From Eledone cirrhosa (taxonomy: Eukaryota), in the NCBI GenBank assembly GCA_964016885.1, contig OZ024743.1, positions 203,670,001 through 203,734,000 of the forward strand: 64,000 bases of DNA, given 5' to 3'. The notes under the pieces are model-generated. The model was not told where the DNA came from, ran no database searches, and saw nothing but the letters and a program-made list of their open reading frames with translations. Every line of letters begins with the position of its first letter. Positions within the stretch are counted from its first letter, which is position 1. Shown here piece by piece: positions 12,618-26,615 of this stretch. The position numbers and the translations under genes were made by a program.

Positions 12618-13771
12618 AATACTTATCTATATCGAGTTTAACAGATGATGTTTTTCTTAGCTTTCCCCTTTTAAACTTTGCTTTGGCGCATTTGTCAAGA
12701 CCAAATTCCATGCCAATGTTATTGATAAATTGCTGCACAGTTGTTAAAAGTCTTTCTACCTTTTGGTCGTTTTTTAGCATATAATTTTATATGATCCATA
12801 AAAAACAAATGGTTAATGATCTTAACGTTGTTGTTCATCTTATACCTGTATCCCATGTTGTTGAGCTCACATGATATTGGAAAGAGAGCAATTAATTTTA
12901 ATTTTATCTCACTTTATGACTCCTTTGTTATGATTTAAAAAGAAAGTTGTTATCTATTTTGTCATGCCGACTCGTAAAAAGGTAGATAGTATGGGAGGTA
13001 TTTTGTAAAATTCTATGGCTCCAATTATCAATTCATGTGATACAATGTCATAGGCTTTTTTTATAACCATTCTAAACAGTGATTAGATATATATTTTTTT
13101 AGGGGTAGAGGACCGGCAATTTTTTAGAATCATCTTATTAATTAATATTTGGCCTTTTCATCCATATGAGTTCCGTTTTCCTCCTTTTTGTTCGTGTAGA
13201 ATGATTTCATCAAGGTATTTGTATAGGGCAGCTAGTTTGATGGACGCAACTGAAAAGACTTAATCCCTCGACAACTTTATCAAGTTCCATTTAGAAAGGA
13301 AGGTGAGGGAAGTGAGGGAAGTGATGCACCCCGCCCCCATTACAGTTATAACAAGGTGGGTGAATGTAGTGAGGGTGACCCGTGGACCTACTCTGAACAT
13401 ACGCCTTTCGGCTGGCTAGTTTGGAGAGGTGAGGGGCGACCTCCTATGGTGATCTTGGAGAGTATGGTGATTAATGTTTCTTGGAGTAACTGGGTCATCC
13501 TTGGTTGGTAGCCCCCGTTATTGGGGAATTTTCATTTTTATAATCATATTGTTGTTTGTTATTTGTCATAGCTTATTTTACTTGATTATTTGTAAACCAC
13601 CACTGTCACTGTTTTTGATGGCCCATGTGGCCGATAAAAAAATTATTTTTGTTATTATTGTTGTTTTTGATGTTGTTATTGTTGATATTGCTTTTCTTGT
13701 TGCAGTTGTAAATATTGGGGTATTCTTCTTTTGTCGCTTACTAAAATCATAGAACCTAATATATATATATA

Positions 13772-14135
13772 TTATTCAAAATGTTAATCAAAATATATAT
13801 TTTATTATACATATTTCAAAGGTACTATGGTGTTTAAGTATTGGCAGTCAATACTGGAATTGGTATTGGCAGCCAATACTGGAATTGAATAATCAAAACC
13901 GTAGCGGTATGTCTCATATCAAATCATATATTTTGTCTGATGAAAACGTACTTAAACACCATAGTACCTTTGAAATATGTATAATAAAATATATATTTTG
14001 ATTATGAGAATATTTTTCATTTGTTAAAACATTTTGAATATTATTAAAAACTCCAGGAAAATCTCTTGTTGAGTGCTTCTAATCTATTGTAATATTGTAT
14101 TCGTTGAGTAATCAATGAAACATACTAATCTTTGG

Positions 14136-14137
<2 letters not shown>
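13772..14137. mobile_element. (TA)n-flanked fold-back with minimal hammerhead (family C)
   Basis: Arms 13784-13840 / 13949-14003, hammerhead 13929-13991, ACTC...GAGTGC tail 14050-14076. Related to 22513-23066. Confidence 0.7.
13929..13991 (+). ncRNA. Minimal type I hammerhead ribozyme motif
   Basis: Stem I TATTTTGT/ATAAAATA, core CTGATGA, stem II GTACT/AGTAC, GAAA, near-palindromic stem III ATATGTAT, then A. Confidence 0.6.
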
Positions 14138-14194
<57 letters not shown>

Positions 14195-14197
<3 letters not shown>

Positions 14198-15140
14198 GAT
14201 GACAGAGTTCTTTGAGATACTGGCTGGAGTGCTCCGGGGAGATACATTGGCTCCCTACCTTTTTATCATCGTGGTGGACTATTGTATGCGCCTTGCACTG
14301 GAGAAACACCAGGACTCTGGCTTTACTGTAGCACCGGCTCAGAGCAGGAGAGTTAGGGCGAAAAAGGTATCGGATGCTGAGTTTGCCGACGACATAGTTT
14401 TGGTGACAAATACAGTGAAGGAGGCAGAGGATTTGAGGCGGGAGGTTGAGACTGTGTCGATGAGTGTGGGGCTGAGAATGAATGAGACTAAAACAAAATA
14501 TCTGGTAGAGAATGTTGAGAAGCCAGAGGGGATCACTAATGTAGGCGGGAAGCCGCTGGAATTGGTTGAGGATTTCCTGTATTTGGGAGCAAAGATTGGG
14601 AATACGGAGGATGATGTGGTTGAGAGGAAGAGCAAGGCCTGGGCGGCGTGCCACAGCTTGAGATCGGTGTGGAAGTCGGACCTTCGTAGAGACCTGAAAA
14701 TCCGCCTCTTCATTGCTGTAGTGGAGTCTGTGCTGCTGTATGGGTCTGAGACTTGGACACTGACCAAGAAACTCACTCAGATGGTGGATGGGTGCTACAC
14801 GAGAATGCTGAGGATGGCTCTGAACATTAATCAGTATACACTGAGGATGAACGACTGAGAGCTGTATGGGAGCATCCCAAAAGTCAGCTCAAAAGTGACA
14901 CAGGGGAGACTGAGGTTAGCTGGACATGCTCACCGACATCGAGAGTTGACATTGCACTCAGTACTCCTTTGGGAGCCCCTACATGGACACACTAGAAGAG
15001 GAAGACCAAGGCTAACGTATGTTGATGCCCTAAGGACAGACACTGGTCTGTTGGAGATGCAGGACATGGCAGCGATAATGAGGGACAGAGACCGCTGGAG
15101 AGAACTCGTCCATGGATCTCGGGAATTTTACCCGCCTTAG
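14195..15140 (+). mobile_element. 5'-truncated RTE-clade LINE (RT C-terminal half, one in-frame stop)
   Basis: GVLRGDTLAPYLF, FADD, FLYLG, VLLYGSETW, RLRLAGH, RRGRPRLTYVD motifs. TGA at 14856. (TA)n on both sides. Confidence 0.9.
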
Positions 15141-15229
15141 ATATATATATATATATATATATATATGAGAAACAATATCGATATATATTTTATATGTGTT
15201 AATTAAACCTAGAATCAGCTTATACTGTA

Positions 15230-15302
<73 letters not shown>

Positions 15303-15304
15303 GG

Positions 15305-15505
15305 ATAGGAAAATAGTGAAGACCCCGACGGCAGAGCTCAAGCCGTTCCGACGGCTATTTCTCGACGGATATTTCTGGTCCAGAAATAGCCGTCAAACAG
15401 CATGATATCTGCGGTCGTGACTCTTTTCCTATTACCCACTCTACTACCCAAAGTATCGAGTACTCTGGATTTATGGTCCACCTGGTTCTTTACCACACTT
15501 CCTGC
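15305..15505. mobile_element. Fold-back derivative of the 35969-39805 Penelope ends (family A, diverged)
   Basis: GACCCCGACGGCAGAGCTCAAGCCGT...TAGCCGTC followed by the CCTATTACCCACTCTACTACC...GAGTAC tail. Confidence 0.75.
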
Positions 15506-15672
15506 AAGCAGGGAAAAGCGGACGTAAAATGATGATGATGATGATGATGATATATATATATATATATATATATATGAGAAAACAATATCGTTATATATAT
15601 TTTATATGTATTAATTAAACCTAAAATTAGCTTATACTGTGTATATGCATATATATATATATATATATATAT

Positions 15673-15732
<60 letters not shown>

Positions 15733-15736
<4 letters not shown>

Positions 15737-16030
15737 GAAAACGAAAAATCAGTGATGCATCTGAACTCAATTTATTGTGTGTTACAATTGTTTCCCCCGG
15801 CGGACAGCTCGAGACGCGATCATTGTGTGGATCTGTCTGATTCTGAACCCGAGAGATATACACAATGATCGCGTCTCGAGCTGTCCGCCGGGGGAAACAA
15901 TTGTAACACAAAATAAATTGAGTTCAGATGCATCACTGATTTTTCGTTTTCTATTCTATCATACTCTGCTCTGTAAGAGCATAGAGTTCTCAACCGGCAT
16001 ACCGCCTATGGAAGCATCTTAGCGACCATC
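15733..16030. mobile_element. Fold-back with the 3' half of a minimal hammerhead
   Basis: ~95-bp arms 15733-15827 / 15860-15953. GAAA-CAATTG-TA-ACAC with palindromic stem III. Tail hairpin ACTCT-GCTCT-gta-AGAGC-at-AGAGT. Confidence 0.68.
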
Positions 16031-16062
16031 AGACACACATATATATATATATATACTGTATG

Positions 16063-16143
<81 letters not shown>

Positions 16144-16294
16144 ATGTTGTACTTTGGGAGGGTCATGTTGTCAAATTCAGAAACGAAATATATATATATA
16201 TGATAATTCGGAAACTTCATCGAATTGTTTTTGTTTTTTTTTTGTTTTTTACAACGTTCCTAAATCAGAAATCATTATTATTATTATTATGATT

Positions 16295-19200
16295 GAATGC
16301 TATGGTTGACGGAGGCTCGGCTCTGTAAGGTATTGTAAATTTTGACCGCTATAACAATTGTAAATTGTTTAAAACTTTAACCAACTTGTAGACAAAAACA
16401 CCCTCCCCCTCGTGAGAGGGGTCTTTCTGCCTGCTATTTGGCCCTTCGGGGTTAAATAACCGCTTATTGGGGTTTTGTGCCCATTATTTATTTTAAAAAA
16501 CCAAAAAAAAACATGGCTACGAAAAAGAATTTTCATAGGTCACTCCCACTCATTCCGTCTTCTTCTTCCTCAATCGTCACTACAGCAGGGAGAAGATTGT
16601 CTCTCTCCCTCCCTTCTCTAAATGTGTCTCTCTCCCTCCCTTCTCTTTCACAAGCGACGCCAGAAAAGAAAAATCACGTGCAAAGCGAGCAAGATTTCTC
16701 CACGACGACGACGACATCGACGAAAAAGGTGTGCGGGAAATACGAAAACCCATTTCATTCGTCTGACGTCAGGAATAATAGCAGTAGCAGCCGTAATAAC
16801 AGCAGCAACAGTGACAAGGAAAACAACAGTAGCAGCCGCAACAGCATCAGCAGCAGCATAAACAACAACAGCATTAGCAGCAACAACAACAGCAGCAGCA
16901 GCAACAACAACAACAACCACAGCAACAGCGGCGGCGGCAGTAGTCGTAGTACCTGCAGCAACAACAAAAGTAACAGCAGCTCTGACGACAACAACAACAA
17001 CAACAGCAAAGAAAAAGCAATCTCGTTTGCAGGTATCGCAAAGAACCTGGAAACCATCCTCATAACAAATGAGGAATTAGAGGAAGCGAAGAAAATGGTG
17101 ACAAAAACTGGACACCGAGCAATCTGCAAGGCAGCGGAAACATTTTTCGAAACCCAACAGCACTGTACGGTCACGTACCGTACAGTAAGTACAAAATCCC
17201 GTAGAGTTGAAAGAGCCACAGAGGCTCAAATACAAAAAGCCTTGGGGTCTGTGTGGCAGCAGAAAACGCACATCACCCGAGGCAAGAAATATGCCACCGT
17301 AGACGTACTTTTTGCCACACCCCTGGAGGCAAAGGCTCAATCCTTAGTGACCCTAAGGAGCAAGGAAATGGTGTTGGTGCTCTCCTACTGCGTGCAAAGA
17401 ATTGTGAGGGTCAAACTGACCCACGCCCCCCCCCCCCCCCCCCCGAGATGGCCCCTTCTTGGCTGGCCGCGTCTGTCCTCGTCGGAATCGTGGACAAAAC
17501 AACTGTACTGCAAGTACAGAAAAAAGTAAGAGAAGATTGGGTCGGCACCTCCATTGAGATGTTAATCCAAACCAACCAGGAGTGCATCGAAGCTATCCCG
17601 GATGTGATAGACTTCGATAACGGCACTCAACTGCCCATAAGTGTTGAGGGCAAACACCCAAAATGCTTTCGCTGTGGATCGAATACTCACCTCAGGGCCT
17701 TCTGCAATGAGAAGACCCTGAGAAAGGAAAAAAAAACCCTCCTTCCGAAACCGGCACCACGGCTACCAGCAACAGGACAAGCGGCAACAAGGAACGATAG
17801 GTCTGTGGAACCCATACCCACGCCACGGAAATCAAAAACAGCAGCAGCAGTGGAAATATTAACAACAACAACAGCAATACCAAATGCAGCTGCAACAGAG
17901 ACTCCAGTGCAAACATCACCAACAACAAGTGAAATAGTGGAGCTGGTACCCCTCCCGGACCTCACAGAATCAGACATGCAGTGTGAGGTGGGAGAAGGAT
18001 GGCAAAAGGTCGTAAGAAGACACAAACGCAGAAGCAGCGCATCGTCGCCTTCGAAAAGGGAGGAAAGAAATGAAAAAAGGGTAAAGGCTACTGCAAAGAG
18101 ACTCACAGCAGCAACACCACCAACACCATTACCACCCACACTAGCACCACCATCACCACCGGCGACAACCCCACCGCCAACAACAACAAAACCTTCAACA
18201 CCACCACCACAAACACCAACATCGCAAACGCAACAACAAAACACACACCCAGCAACAACGACAAGAAAATATCAGAACCACACCCCACCCCCAGAAAAAC
18301 AAATGCACGGCAATAAATACACACAACAAGAAACTAATGACTTACATAATTGAACACACGGACATTTCACAACACGACTACATAATGCCAGCACCAATCA
18401 AAACGCCAACTAACATAAGACTGCTAAAAATAGCACAGAAACAATACACAAACATTAAAACGAAATTCCCCAACGCAGTTGGTGATTTCAGAGACCTAGT
18501 AGGGACTCTCAACCGAAGAGTATATTCGGTCATACTCATAGAAGAGCCGACAACCAGCCGAAGGGACGATTCAACGGTCCCTTCACCAGACGATCAAGTA
18601 AAAAGGGATGTAAAAAACATGCCTCCTCTACGAAAAATACGGTAAGTGGTCTTTGCCATCTTTTCCACTCTATTTTAAACATGACCTCACTCAGAATAGG
18701 CAGCATAAATGCGCGTGGCTTGGGGTCGTCATGGAAGCAGGGTCACCTGCTCAACGACCTCAGGTCACTAAACATAGATGTAGCGGCCATCAGCGAGACC
18801 AGAATCTCCGAAGCACGGGCCTCCGCACCGATCTTCGGCGGCTACGATGTGTACGCATCTCCCATCCGTCCTGGATCGGGGGGAGGAGTTGCTGTGCTTT
18901 TTCGGAGAGGTTAGGATCTCGCCATACGGGCCATCTTCCTGGACCCAGAGGGTAAGGTTGTGGTGCTGGACGTGACCAGCGGAGACGGGCAAGCTTTCAG
19001 GCTAGTGGCCGTCTATGCCCCGACAGGAGCAGGGCCGCCTGATTTCTTCCGGCGTCTGGAGACCTTTCTTGGAACGTCCCGCTCTTTAGTGTTAGTGGGC
19101 GACTGGAACGGGATCTTAGATGCACGCTGGGACTGTGTGGGATAGCGGATATGGGTGGAGGGTGCAAGAGCCTCACCAACATGCTCCGGCGTTTTGAACT

Positions 19201-21845
19201 GTCTGACAGGTACCTATTGGATTTCCCGAATGTGCCAATGTGGACTTGGACAAATCGCATAGGGTCATCCAGATCATATCTAGATAGAGTATTTTGTAGG
19301 GAAATAGATAGGTCTAGCATAGGCTGTCCACAATTCAAGATAGTCAGCTACACGGACCACAAATTTGTGATCTGTGTGCTTGACTTAGATAGGCTTCATA
19401 GACGAGGACCCGGCTACTGGAAGCTAAACGCGTCCTTACGAGCGCGCAAGGCCTACAGAGACCGGATTAGCGAACTAGTTAAGCGGCCGTTGACGGGGGC
19501 CAGCGTAAACAACAAGTGGTGGTTTGCTTTAAAAAGAGCGATTAGAATAGAGTCCATTAGGTTTAGTAAGGCTTTAGCTATAGAGTAAAATAGAGCAGAG
19601 GGAGAACTAGTTAGGAAATTAGACGGGGCGCTTAGCAAAGGCATCGCGATCGACGTACTTGCGGTGAAATTGGCCCTTGACTAATTCTTCAATGCAAAGC
19701 ACGAAGGCTGCGTTGTCAGAGCTAGGGTGCGTGTTCGCAGACACGAGGGGACGATGCCGTTCAATGGGCCCCAGTGGCGGAGGCGCGTCGTGGCAACAAA
19801 CCACGATCCGGTCTTTGCTGGTTCACGACGGGCGCATGCAACTCGATCCCGGGCAAATGTGTGAAGATTTTCAGCCACACTTCGCACAGCTGTTCGGGGG
19901 CAGCGGCGGGCCGGATCGAGGGATGGACTTTAGTGTCTACCTCGACGGACTGCCGCGGCTTTCGGCCACTGAGGCGGAGTGTTGCGAAAAGCCGATAACA
20001 GCCGTTGAAGTACGGGAGGCAATGGCTGGCTGCACAAGGGGTAGATCGCCTGGTTTGGATGGTCTGCCCTAAGAACTTTACGTACAGATGCCAGACTTGT
20101 TCGGAGGTCTCTTGGCGGACGTCTACTGCAACTGGCAACAGAACGGGAATTTCCCAGCTCTGTGAGCCGAGGAGCCTTGGCGCTGCTGAGAAAGGATCCG
20201 AACAAGGGGGATAACATAGATAATTTCAGTCCCATAACTCTGCTAAGCACAGGGTTCAAGATTTTGGCCAAGGTGCTAGCAAAGAGGTTGGCGCTTGTCG
20301 TCGGTGGTCTGGTGGGAGAGGCGCAGACATGCGCCATTCCCGACACGGGTGGATCCTTGTCAATTTAAATCAGTCGGAAGCTTTCGATAGGGTCGACCAT
20401 CGTTACCTAGCGGCAGTCCTGAAGGCGGCTGGCTTTGGGCCCGTCTTCAGAGGCTGGATCGCTCCCAGAAATGGGCGGAGAGGAAGCTATCCTTGAAAGG
20501 TCAAGTGGAGGTGGCTAACGCGTACATCGCGTCCGTCATCAACTACCGCCTGACCGTCATACCTTGTCCTAAGCCCCGCCTGACTAGGCTGGAGCGTTTG
20601 CTCTTTCGCTTTTTGTGAAAGGGACGCGCGCCGATGGTCAGGCGGTCCATCTGCTGTCAACTCCCGCTACGTGGAGGGCTGGCATGCATGCCGTGGCTGA
20701 TGATGCGCAGACACCCGCTCAGGCTACGACATATTCACCTCTTCCTCGGCGGTGATCAGGTGTGGTCGCCGTTTGCTAGACGCGTCTTTCCCCAAATCGT
20801 CTCCTTGACGGAGCTGCAGTCCTGGGTCAAGCGAAGACCGAGAGGGAGCGCTTGGAGACTGGAATGTCTTCAGGCGCTCACAGCTCTCGACTAATCGGGC
20901 AATGTGACCGGAGGAAACTCCACCTTGGCGTTCTATAGAGGATTAGTGGAGGGGAAGAGCGACGACGTACTTGGGGAAACTCTAGGCGTCGAGGAAAATC
21001 AACTAGCCAATCTCTTCGGAAGAACTTTCGTGCCGGGGCCTATGGACAACTTCCAGAAATCCGTGGCCTGGCAGTGCTACCGAGGAGCTTTGCCAGTTCG
21101 GGATAAACTCTACAAGCCTGGAGGTGCCGTCAGCCGGGCATGTCCGAGATGCGTGCAGGGCGAAGAAACCGTCCTGCACGCACTCGGCCAGTGTCCGAGC
21201 ATTGCTGACTTGTGGGTTTATGTCGAACACCTGCTGTCACGTGTAGGACGGATCCAGCTATCAGCTGAGTCCATCTTGAGGATTGCCCCGCCCTCTTCCT
21301 TTAGCCGGGAAGGGCAGGCAGTTTTTATCTGTCTGGTGGCCATGGCGAAAGAGATAGTATGGTGGACACGTTTGAAAGGGCTGAAGACGAGCACTTACCT
21401 CTTCGGTGATGCCCTGATTATCTTTTTCAAATTTCTTTTGAAAAGGAAAATCAGGGTAGAGAGGGAAGTGCTCTCTACCCACCATTTTGTTGAAAGATGG
21501 GTGAGAGAGGCAAGAATGGCCTATGTGAATGGGCCTACTCTGAGTATGTGTCTGTAAATTAAAGGTGGAAAACTGGGAGAGGGCACTTGCCCTGGTGGTC
21601 AGGTTCACTGTGGCTTTTTAATGGGCTTTCTCCGCGAATGTCCCTCAGAAGTCTCCCCGCGATTGGGGAATTTTTCATTGTTATTTTTTTTGTTACATCC
21701 TCTGTTTTGTTTTTTACACGCAGAAATGCCCATTTGTACCGTGTTGTATTGTCCTGTACTGTCCTTAATGTATACTTTATGTAAGCCCTTGTGGTTAATA
21801 AAGAAAGCATTATTATTATTTTTATTATTATTACTATTATTATTA
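16295..21845 (+). mobile_element. Near full-length, decayed Tx1/L1-like non-LTR retrotransposon
   Basis: ORF1 (frameshift at a poly-C run) with CFRCGSNTHLRAFC zinc knuckle. ORF2 APE motifs SINARGL, ISET, GGGVAVL, VYAP, GDWN, LDRV, TDH. GPGYWKLN, SPGLDGLP, PITLL..FKILAKVLAKRL and AFDRVDH, then an internal RT deletion. C-terminal CPRC..ETVLH..C. (TTA)n tail. Confidence 0.9.
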
Positions 21846-22045
21846 GGGCGGTGGATTGGCAGTATCGGTAGAGAGTCGGACACCATGCTTTGAAGCATAG
21901 AGTTACGTCCCTTTATGATCTAAGTTCAAATCCCGCCGAGGTTAACTTTGCCTTTCATCCTTACGGGGTCGATAAAATAAAGTACTAGTAATGTACTGGA
22001 TAATTTCTGGCCTTGTGCCAAAAGTAGAAACAATTATTATTATTA
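21846..22045 (+). mobile_element. tRNA-derived SINE
   Basis: Full match to the SINE unit. Confidence 0.85.
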
Positions 22046-22438
22046 TTTTCTCTTTGAAGTATCGAAAGCTAATTCTCACCTCTCTGTTGGTATCATGTCA
22101 ACGTTCAAGTTGACGTTTATCTCTCGAGATCTGGTGACACCTTGGTTCTTTTTATGAAGCTTTACTTATTTCCCAACAGAATTTAGGAGATAATAAAACA
22201 TAGATTTTAACTATATCATCTTTAATCGTCGTGTCAATTGGTTACAGCTAGGTATAGAATATAATAGAATTCTCTAAATGCCATTCTACTCACAATCACG
22301 TACACATATACATCTGCCTTTGTCTTTTACTTATCATATATAACCACTGAATTCTAATTTTAATCATGCTACTTTCAATACACATACACACACAAATACG
22401 TATACAAACCCACACACATACACGCACACACACCCACA

Positions 22439-22511
<73 letters not shown>

Positions 22512-22512
22512 A

Positions 22513-23062
22513 TATTAAATAAATGGAAACTATATTAATAAAACCATATTTATTTCATTATATATATTTCAAGGGTACCAAAACACATTGGTACTCTTTC
22601 CTCAGATAAAATACAAAGTTTGTTTTATTTATAAATAGAGACATACCCATGAAAATCAAACCTTATCGGTTGGATATTCTCTGGATAGTGGAAATGTATT
22701 AAGAATTTTTCAAACTTATGGGTGAATATGCAATTGAATATGTAAATAATTGAAATACAACCGTATATTTAAGCGACTATTCCTAATACATTTCCACTAT
22801 CCAGAGAATATCCAACCGATAAGGTATGATTTTCATTGGTATGTCTCTATTTATAAAACAAACTTTGTATTTTATCTGAGGAAAGCGTACCAATGTGTTT
22901 TGGTACCCTTGAAATATATATAATAAAATAAATATGGTTTTATAAATATAGTTTCCATTTATTTAATATAATTGAATATTTTCTCCAGGAATTTGTTGAG
23001 TGCTCTAAATCAGTTATAAACATTTATATTTGTCGGACTTCCAACAAATTAAATACCCCTTC

Positions 23063-23066
<4 letters not shown>
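22513..23066. mobile_element. (TA)n-flanked fold-back carrying a hammerhead in each arm (family C)
   Basis: ~190-bp arms 22513-22702 / 22784-22968, and a tail with CTC...TTGAGTGC. Confidence 0.78.
22868..22930 (+). ncRNA. Minimal type I hammerhead ribozyme motif
   Basis: Stem I TATTTTAT/ATAAAATA, core CTGAGGA, stem II AAG.GTACCA/TGGTAC.CTT, GAAA, palindromic stem III ATATATAT, then A. Confidence 0.72.
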
Positions 23067-23117
<51 letters not shown>

Positions 23118-23120
<3 letters not shown>

Positions 23121-23359
23121 GAAACATGGACGAATCGTTACTCCTTCATTACGTTTATTGGTTGGGGACGCGCGTTTCGCTATTACGCAGCTCAAGGTTG
23201 ATCTGTAACGAGCTAGCCCGACTCTCTAATCAATGGCTCGTCGGACCTCTGTGGTAGTAATGAATCTATCTAGCTCTACACCTCGATACCGACGTGAACC
23301 TAAACATCGAGTGCTCACCCGGGGGAACCTAGAGAAACACCGCGTTACACGCCCTGTAG

Positions 23360-23362
<3 letters not shown>
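23118..23362 (-). mobile_element. (TA)n-flanked pLTR fragment with CCGACGA hammerhead variant
   Basis: Minus strand GGT-CCGACGA-GC...GC-GAAA-CGCGCG-TC. Related copy at 31379-31520, tail copy at 39962-40050. Confidence 0.6.
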
Positions 23363-23399
<37 letters not shown>

Positions 23400-23426
23400 T
23401 ATATATATTTATTTATTCATATATAT

Positions 23427-23572
23427 ATAACGAAGGAGGTGTTGTAATTAATCAGTTGATCCATAACGCACCAAAGTACTCGATACTTGGTAGTAGAGTG
23501 TGTAATAGAAAATATTCAGGACCCCAACGGCCGGAGCTCGGCCGTTGGGGTCATGGCTCCTGTCATTTCATT
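23427..23572. mobile_element. Family A Penelope-end remnant
   Basis: AACGAAGGAGG...CCATAACGCACCAAAGTACTC...GACCCCAACGGCC..GAGCTC.GGCCGTTGGGGTC. Confidence 0.65.
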
Positions 23573-24290
23573 ATATATATATATATAATCGGCTAGGTTC
23601 AGTGGTTTCCGGTCTATTATTCTATCACGTGCTCCAGTCGACAGGCTAAGGCCATGCTGGGGCACCCCCTCAAGCAACTTACATCTACAATGTGTTGGTA
23701 ATCTTGAAGTTATCGTATGAACACCTTTCCGATATTCTGCGTAGTCGAATCGAACCCAGAAATATGACTGCGAAGAGAATGTTTTAACTAAAGTGCATGA
23801 ATAAATGTGTACGATATAGATATATGCCTATATAAAAAATGATGGATCTCCATTGGTTTCGAGGATGAGTGCTCCAGTAATATTTTCAACGAGACATTTT
23901 AACGTACAGTTGGATGAGCATTCCACAAATACGTGTAACTTCTGAATGAAATTCACAAATAAATTCAGCATGACCATGTGTGACAAGTCTTGTCCTTTGA
24001 ATTGAAAGTGCAGTCCATCCGACTGGCTTCTAAACAGTTTCCGTTAACCCAATTTCATTCACAAGGCTTGGAATTAGTCGAGAGTAATGGCACTTGCTCT
24101 AGATGCCGTGCCTCGCTATCCAGCCTGGAACTATATGGTTGCTGCGTATATAGAGAGCTAGTTAAATATGCAGATAGCCTGAGTAAAGGAGTAATAGATT
24201 TAATATTTTAATGATTGATTCATTGATACATTATAAAAATAGTGGCTTTTGTTAATGGTATTCCTACATAGATGTATACATACATACATT

Positions 24291-24530
24291 CTGTAACTCG
24301 ATTTCGAGTAATGCCATCGCTTGATAGTTCAGCATGAGCATCACGGATGTCGCTTTTTAGTCCTGCTTGGACTTACTTATGGCCAGCAATGCCATGCATC
24401 GCAAACAATGTTACATATCAAGTTATCCTGTTCTTGAAGCTTTTTTTAGGTGAGGAAAGGCTTTGCACGGAGCCAATCCAACACTTTAAACACCGAATGC
24501 ATTTACCATAAAAATAGAAGTTCTACATCA
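24291..24530. repeat. Dispersed repeat, with an inverted copy at ~47130-47370
   Basis: AACTCGATTTCGAGTAATGCCATCGCTTGA...GAAGCTTTTTT..GTGAGGAAAG matches the reverse complement of 47130-47370. Confidence 0.7.
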
Positions 24531-24921
24531 TTGGATGCAAACGAAGTTTCAGGTTTTATATCAGAGTGACCTTCTCCTAGAGAGAGGTCTTAATGAAGAC
24601 TAGGAGTCTCTCGTCCCACAATAAATACTTTAGCGGATGGTCGTTGACTCTCCTGAGTTGTACGGTTTTGTTTTTCTTCTCACAGGGTTTTCAAAATCCC
24701 CCTCCTCATCTTGAAAGCTTGGTGGGTCTGCCGATTTAGAGGCCGATGACCCGAGGATGCACTGGTTGTACTGGTTTACATGTCACCTGTAGCAGTGAAG
24801 AGTTACCTGATATAACATACATACATGCATGCATACATACATACATACATACATACATACATACATACATACATACATACATACATACATACATACATAC
24901 ATTACATTATAAGTGCATACA

Positions 24922-25112
24922 GGGGCGGTGGATTGGCAGTATCGGTAGAGGGTCGGACGTCATGCTTTCCAGCATAGTTACGTCCCTTTACGATCTGAGT
25001 TCAAATCCCGCCGAGGTTGACTTTGCCTTTCATCCTTACGGGGTCGATAAAATAAAGTACCAGTAATGCACTGGGTGATTGCTGGCCTTGTGCCTAAAGT
25101 AGAAACAATTAT
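24922..25112 (+). mobile_element. tRNA-derived SINE
   Basis: Full unit flanked by the repeated TTATAAGTGCATACA (probable TSD). Confidence 0.88.
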
Positions 25113-25327
25113 AAGTGCATACATGCATGCATGTATACATATATATTTGTTATACAATCAGGCATACACATATACATGCATGCATACACATATACATGCA
25201 TGCATACATACATACATGCATACATTACATTACATATGTACGTACATACATACATGCATGTATACATACATATTTTTTATACAATCAGGCATACACATAT
25301 ACATACATACATATATATATACATACA

Positions 25328-26000
25328 TAAATGATGACAATAAATGTAGGCTATATAAAACAAAGATCGAGGATGTAAGCCACATTGTTGCCAGCCGCGA
25401 AAGAATGTTATCTCGCTACTACCTCCCCATGAGACACGATGGGATAGCTAGAACCATCTGGAACGCACTTCGGAAAACAAAATTAACAACAAACGAGGAA
25501 GAATATATTGAGACAGATGGCACCAAGGAATACTGGTGAAACCTGAAAATAAAAACTGCCACCAAATTAAAGCACAACCGGCCTGATATTGTTGTTTGGG
25601 ACCACACATTAAAAACGTGTTCTGCTGTGGAGATCAGCTGCCCACTTGATGTAAACGTTGTCAGAAAAAATACAGGAGAAGGAGGACATCTACGGACCAT
25701 TGATGAGGAGTTTACAAATCCAGTATCCAAGATACACCTTTAGCTTCATACCCATCATTATTGGAGCTACGGGTTATATACCAACCCGCTTGGACCAAAG
25801 TATGAATGAACTTGGATTTGCGGACAAAAAGCGCAGCTCCCTAATTCATAGTCTACAAATGACTGCGATAGCTGGCACCTTCAAAATTTGCAAAACATTC
25901 TTGCGATTCAAAGGATGACAATTTCTTTTCTTTTACAAACTTGCCACCAGGAAGGTGGCCGGTCAAAAAAAATACACTCGAAATTAAGAGAAATAGATAA
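25328..26000 (+). mobile_element. 3' fragment of a restriction-like-endonuclease (R4/Dong/NeSL-type) non-LTR retrotransposon in (CATA)n
   Basis: Degenerate CRL..EDVSHIV zinc finger, Y..RHD, NRPDIVVWD, VEISCP, EK...Y..L, IPIIIGATG, with a stop and a frameshift. Confidence 0.8.
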
Positions 26001-26078
26001 CATACATATACATGCATACATACATACATATACATGCATACATACATACATACATACATACATACATACATACATACA

Positions 26079-26111
<33 letters not shown>

Positions 26112-26554
26112 TCATACACATATTAAAAAGCAGATATTAATACTTTACATGCATACACAGAATGATATGAATTAATGACGGCTGGTTGAATATTTTCCAT
26201 AGATGGAAAGAAAGACAGAAGAATTAGATATATGCACTGACATACTTTGTACAGACATACATATAACTACTTACATAGAGACAATACACACAAACATGCA
26301 CCTACATACACAGATATATAACACATACATACATACATGCATACAAACATACATATATGTATGTATATATATAAAAATATATATATATATGTGTATATAT
26401 ATGTACATGTATATATATGTGTATATATGTGTGTGTATATATATATATATGTGGGTGTATGTATATATATACACATATATATATATATATATATATACGC
26501 ACACACACACACACACATATATATACACACACTCCCACACACACAATCCCCCCC

Positions 26555-26615
<61 letters not shown>

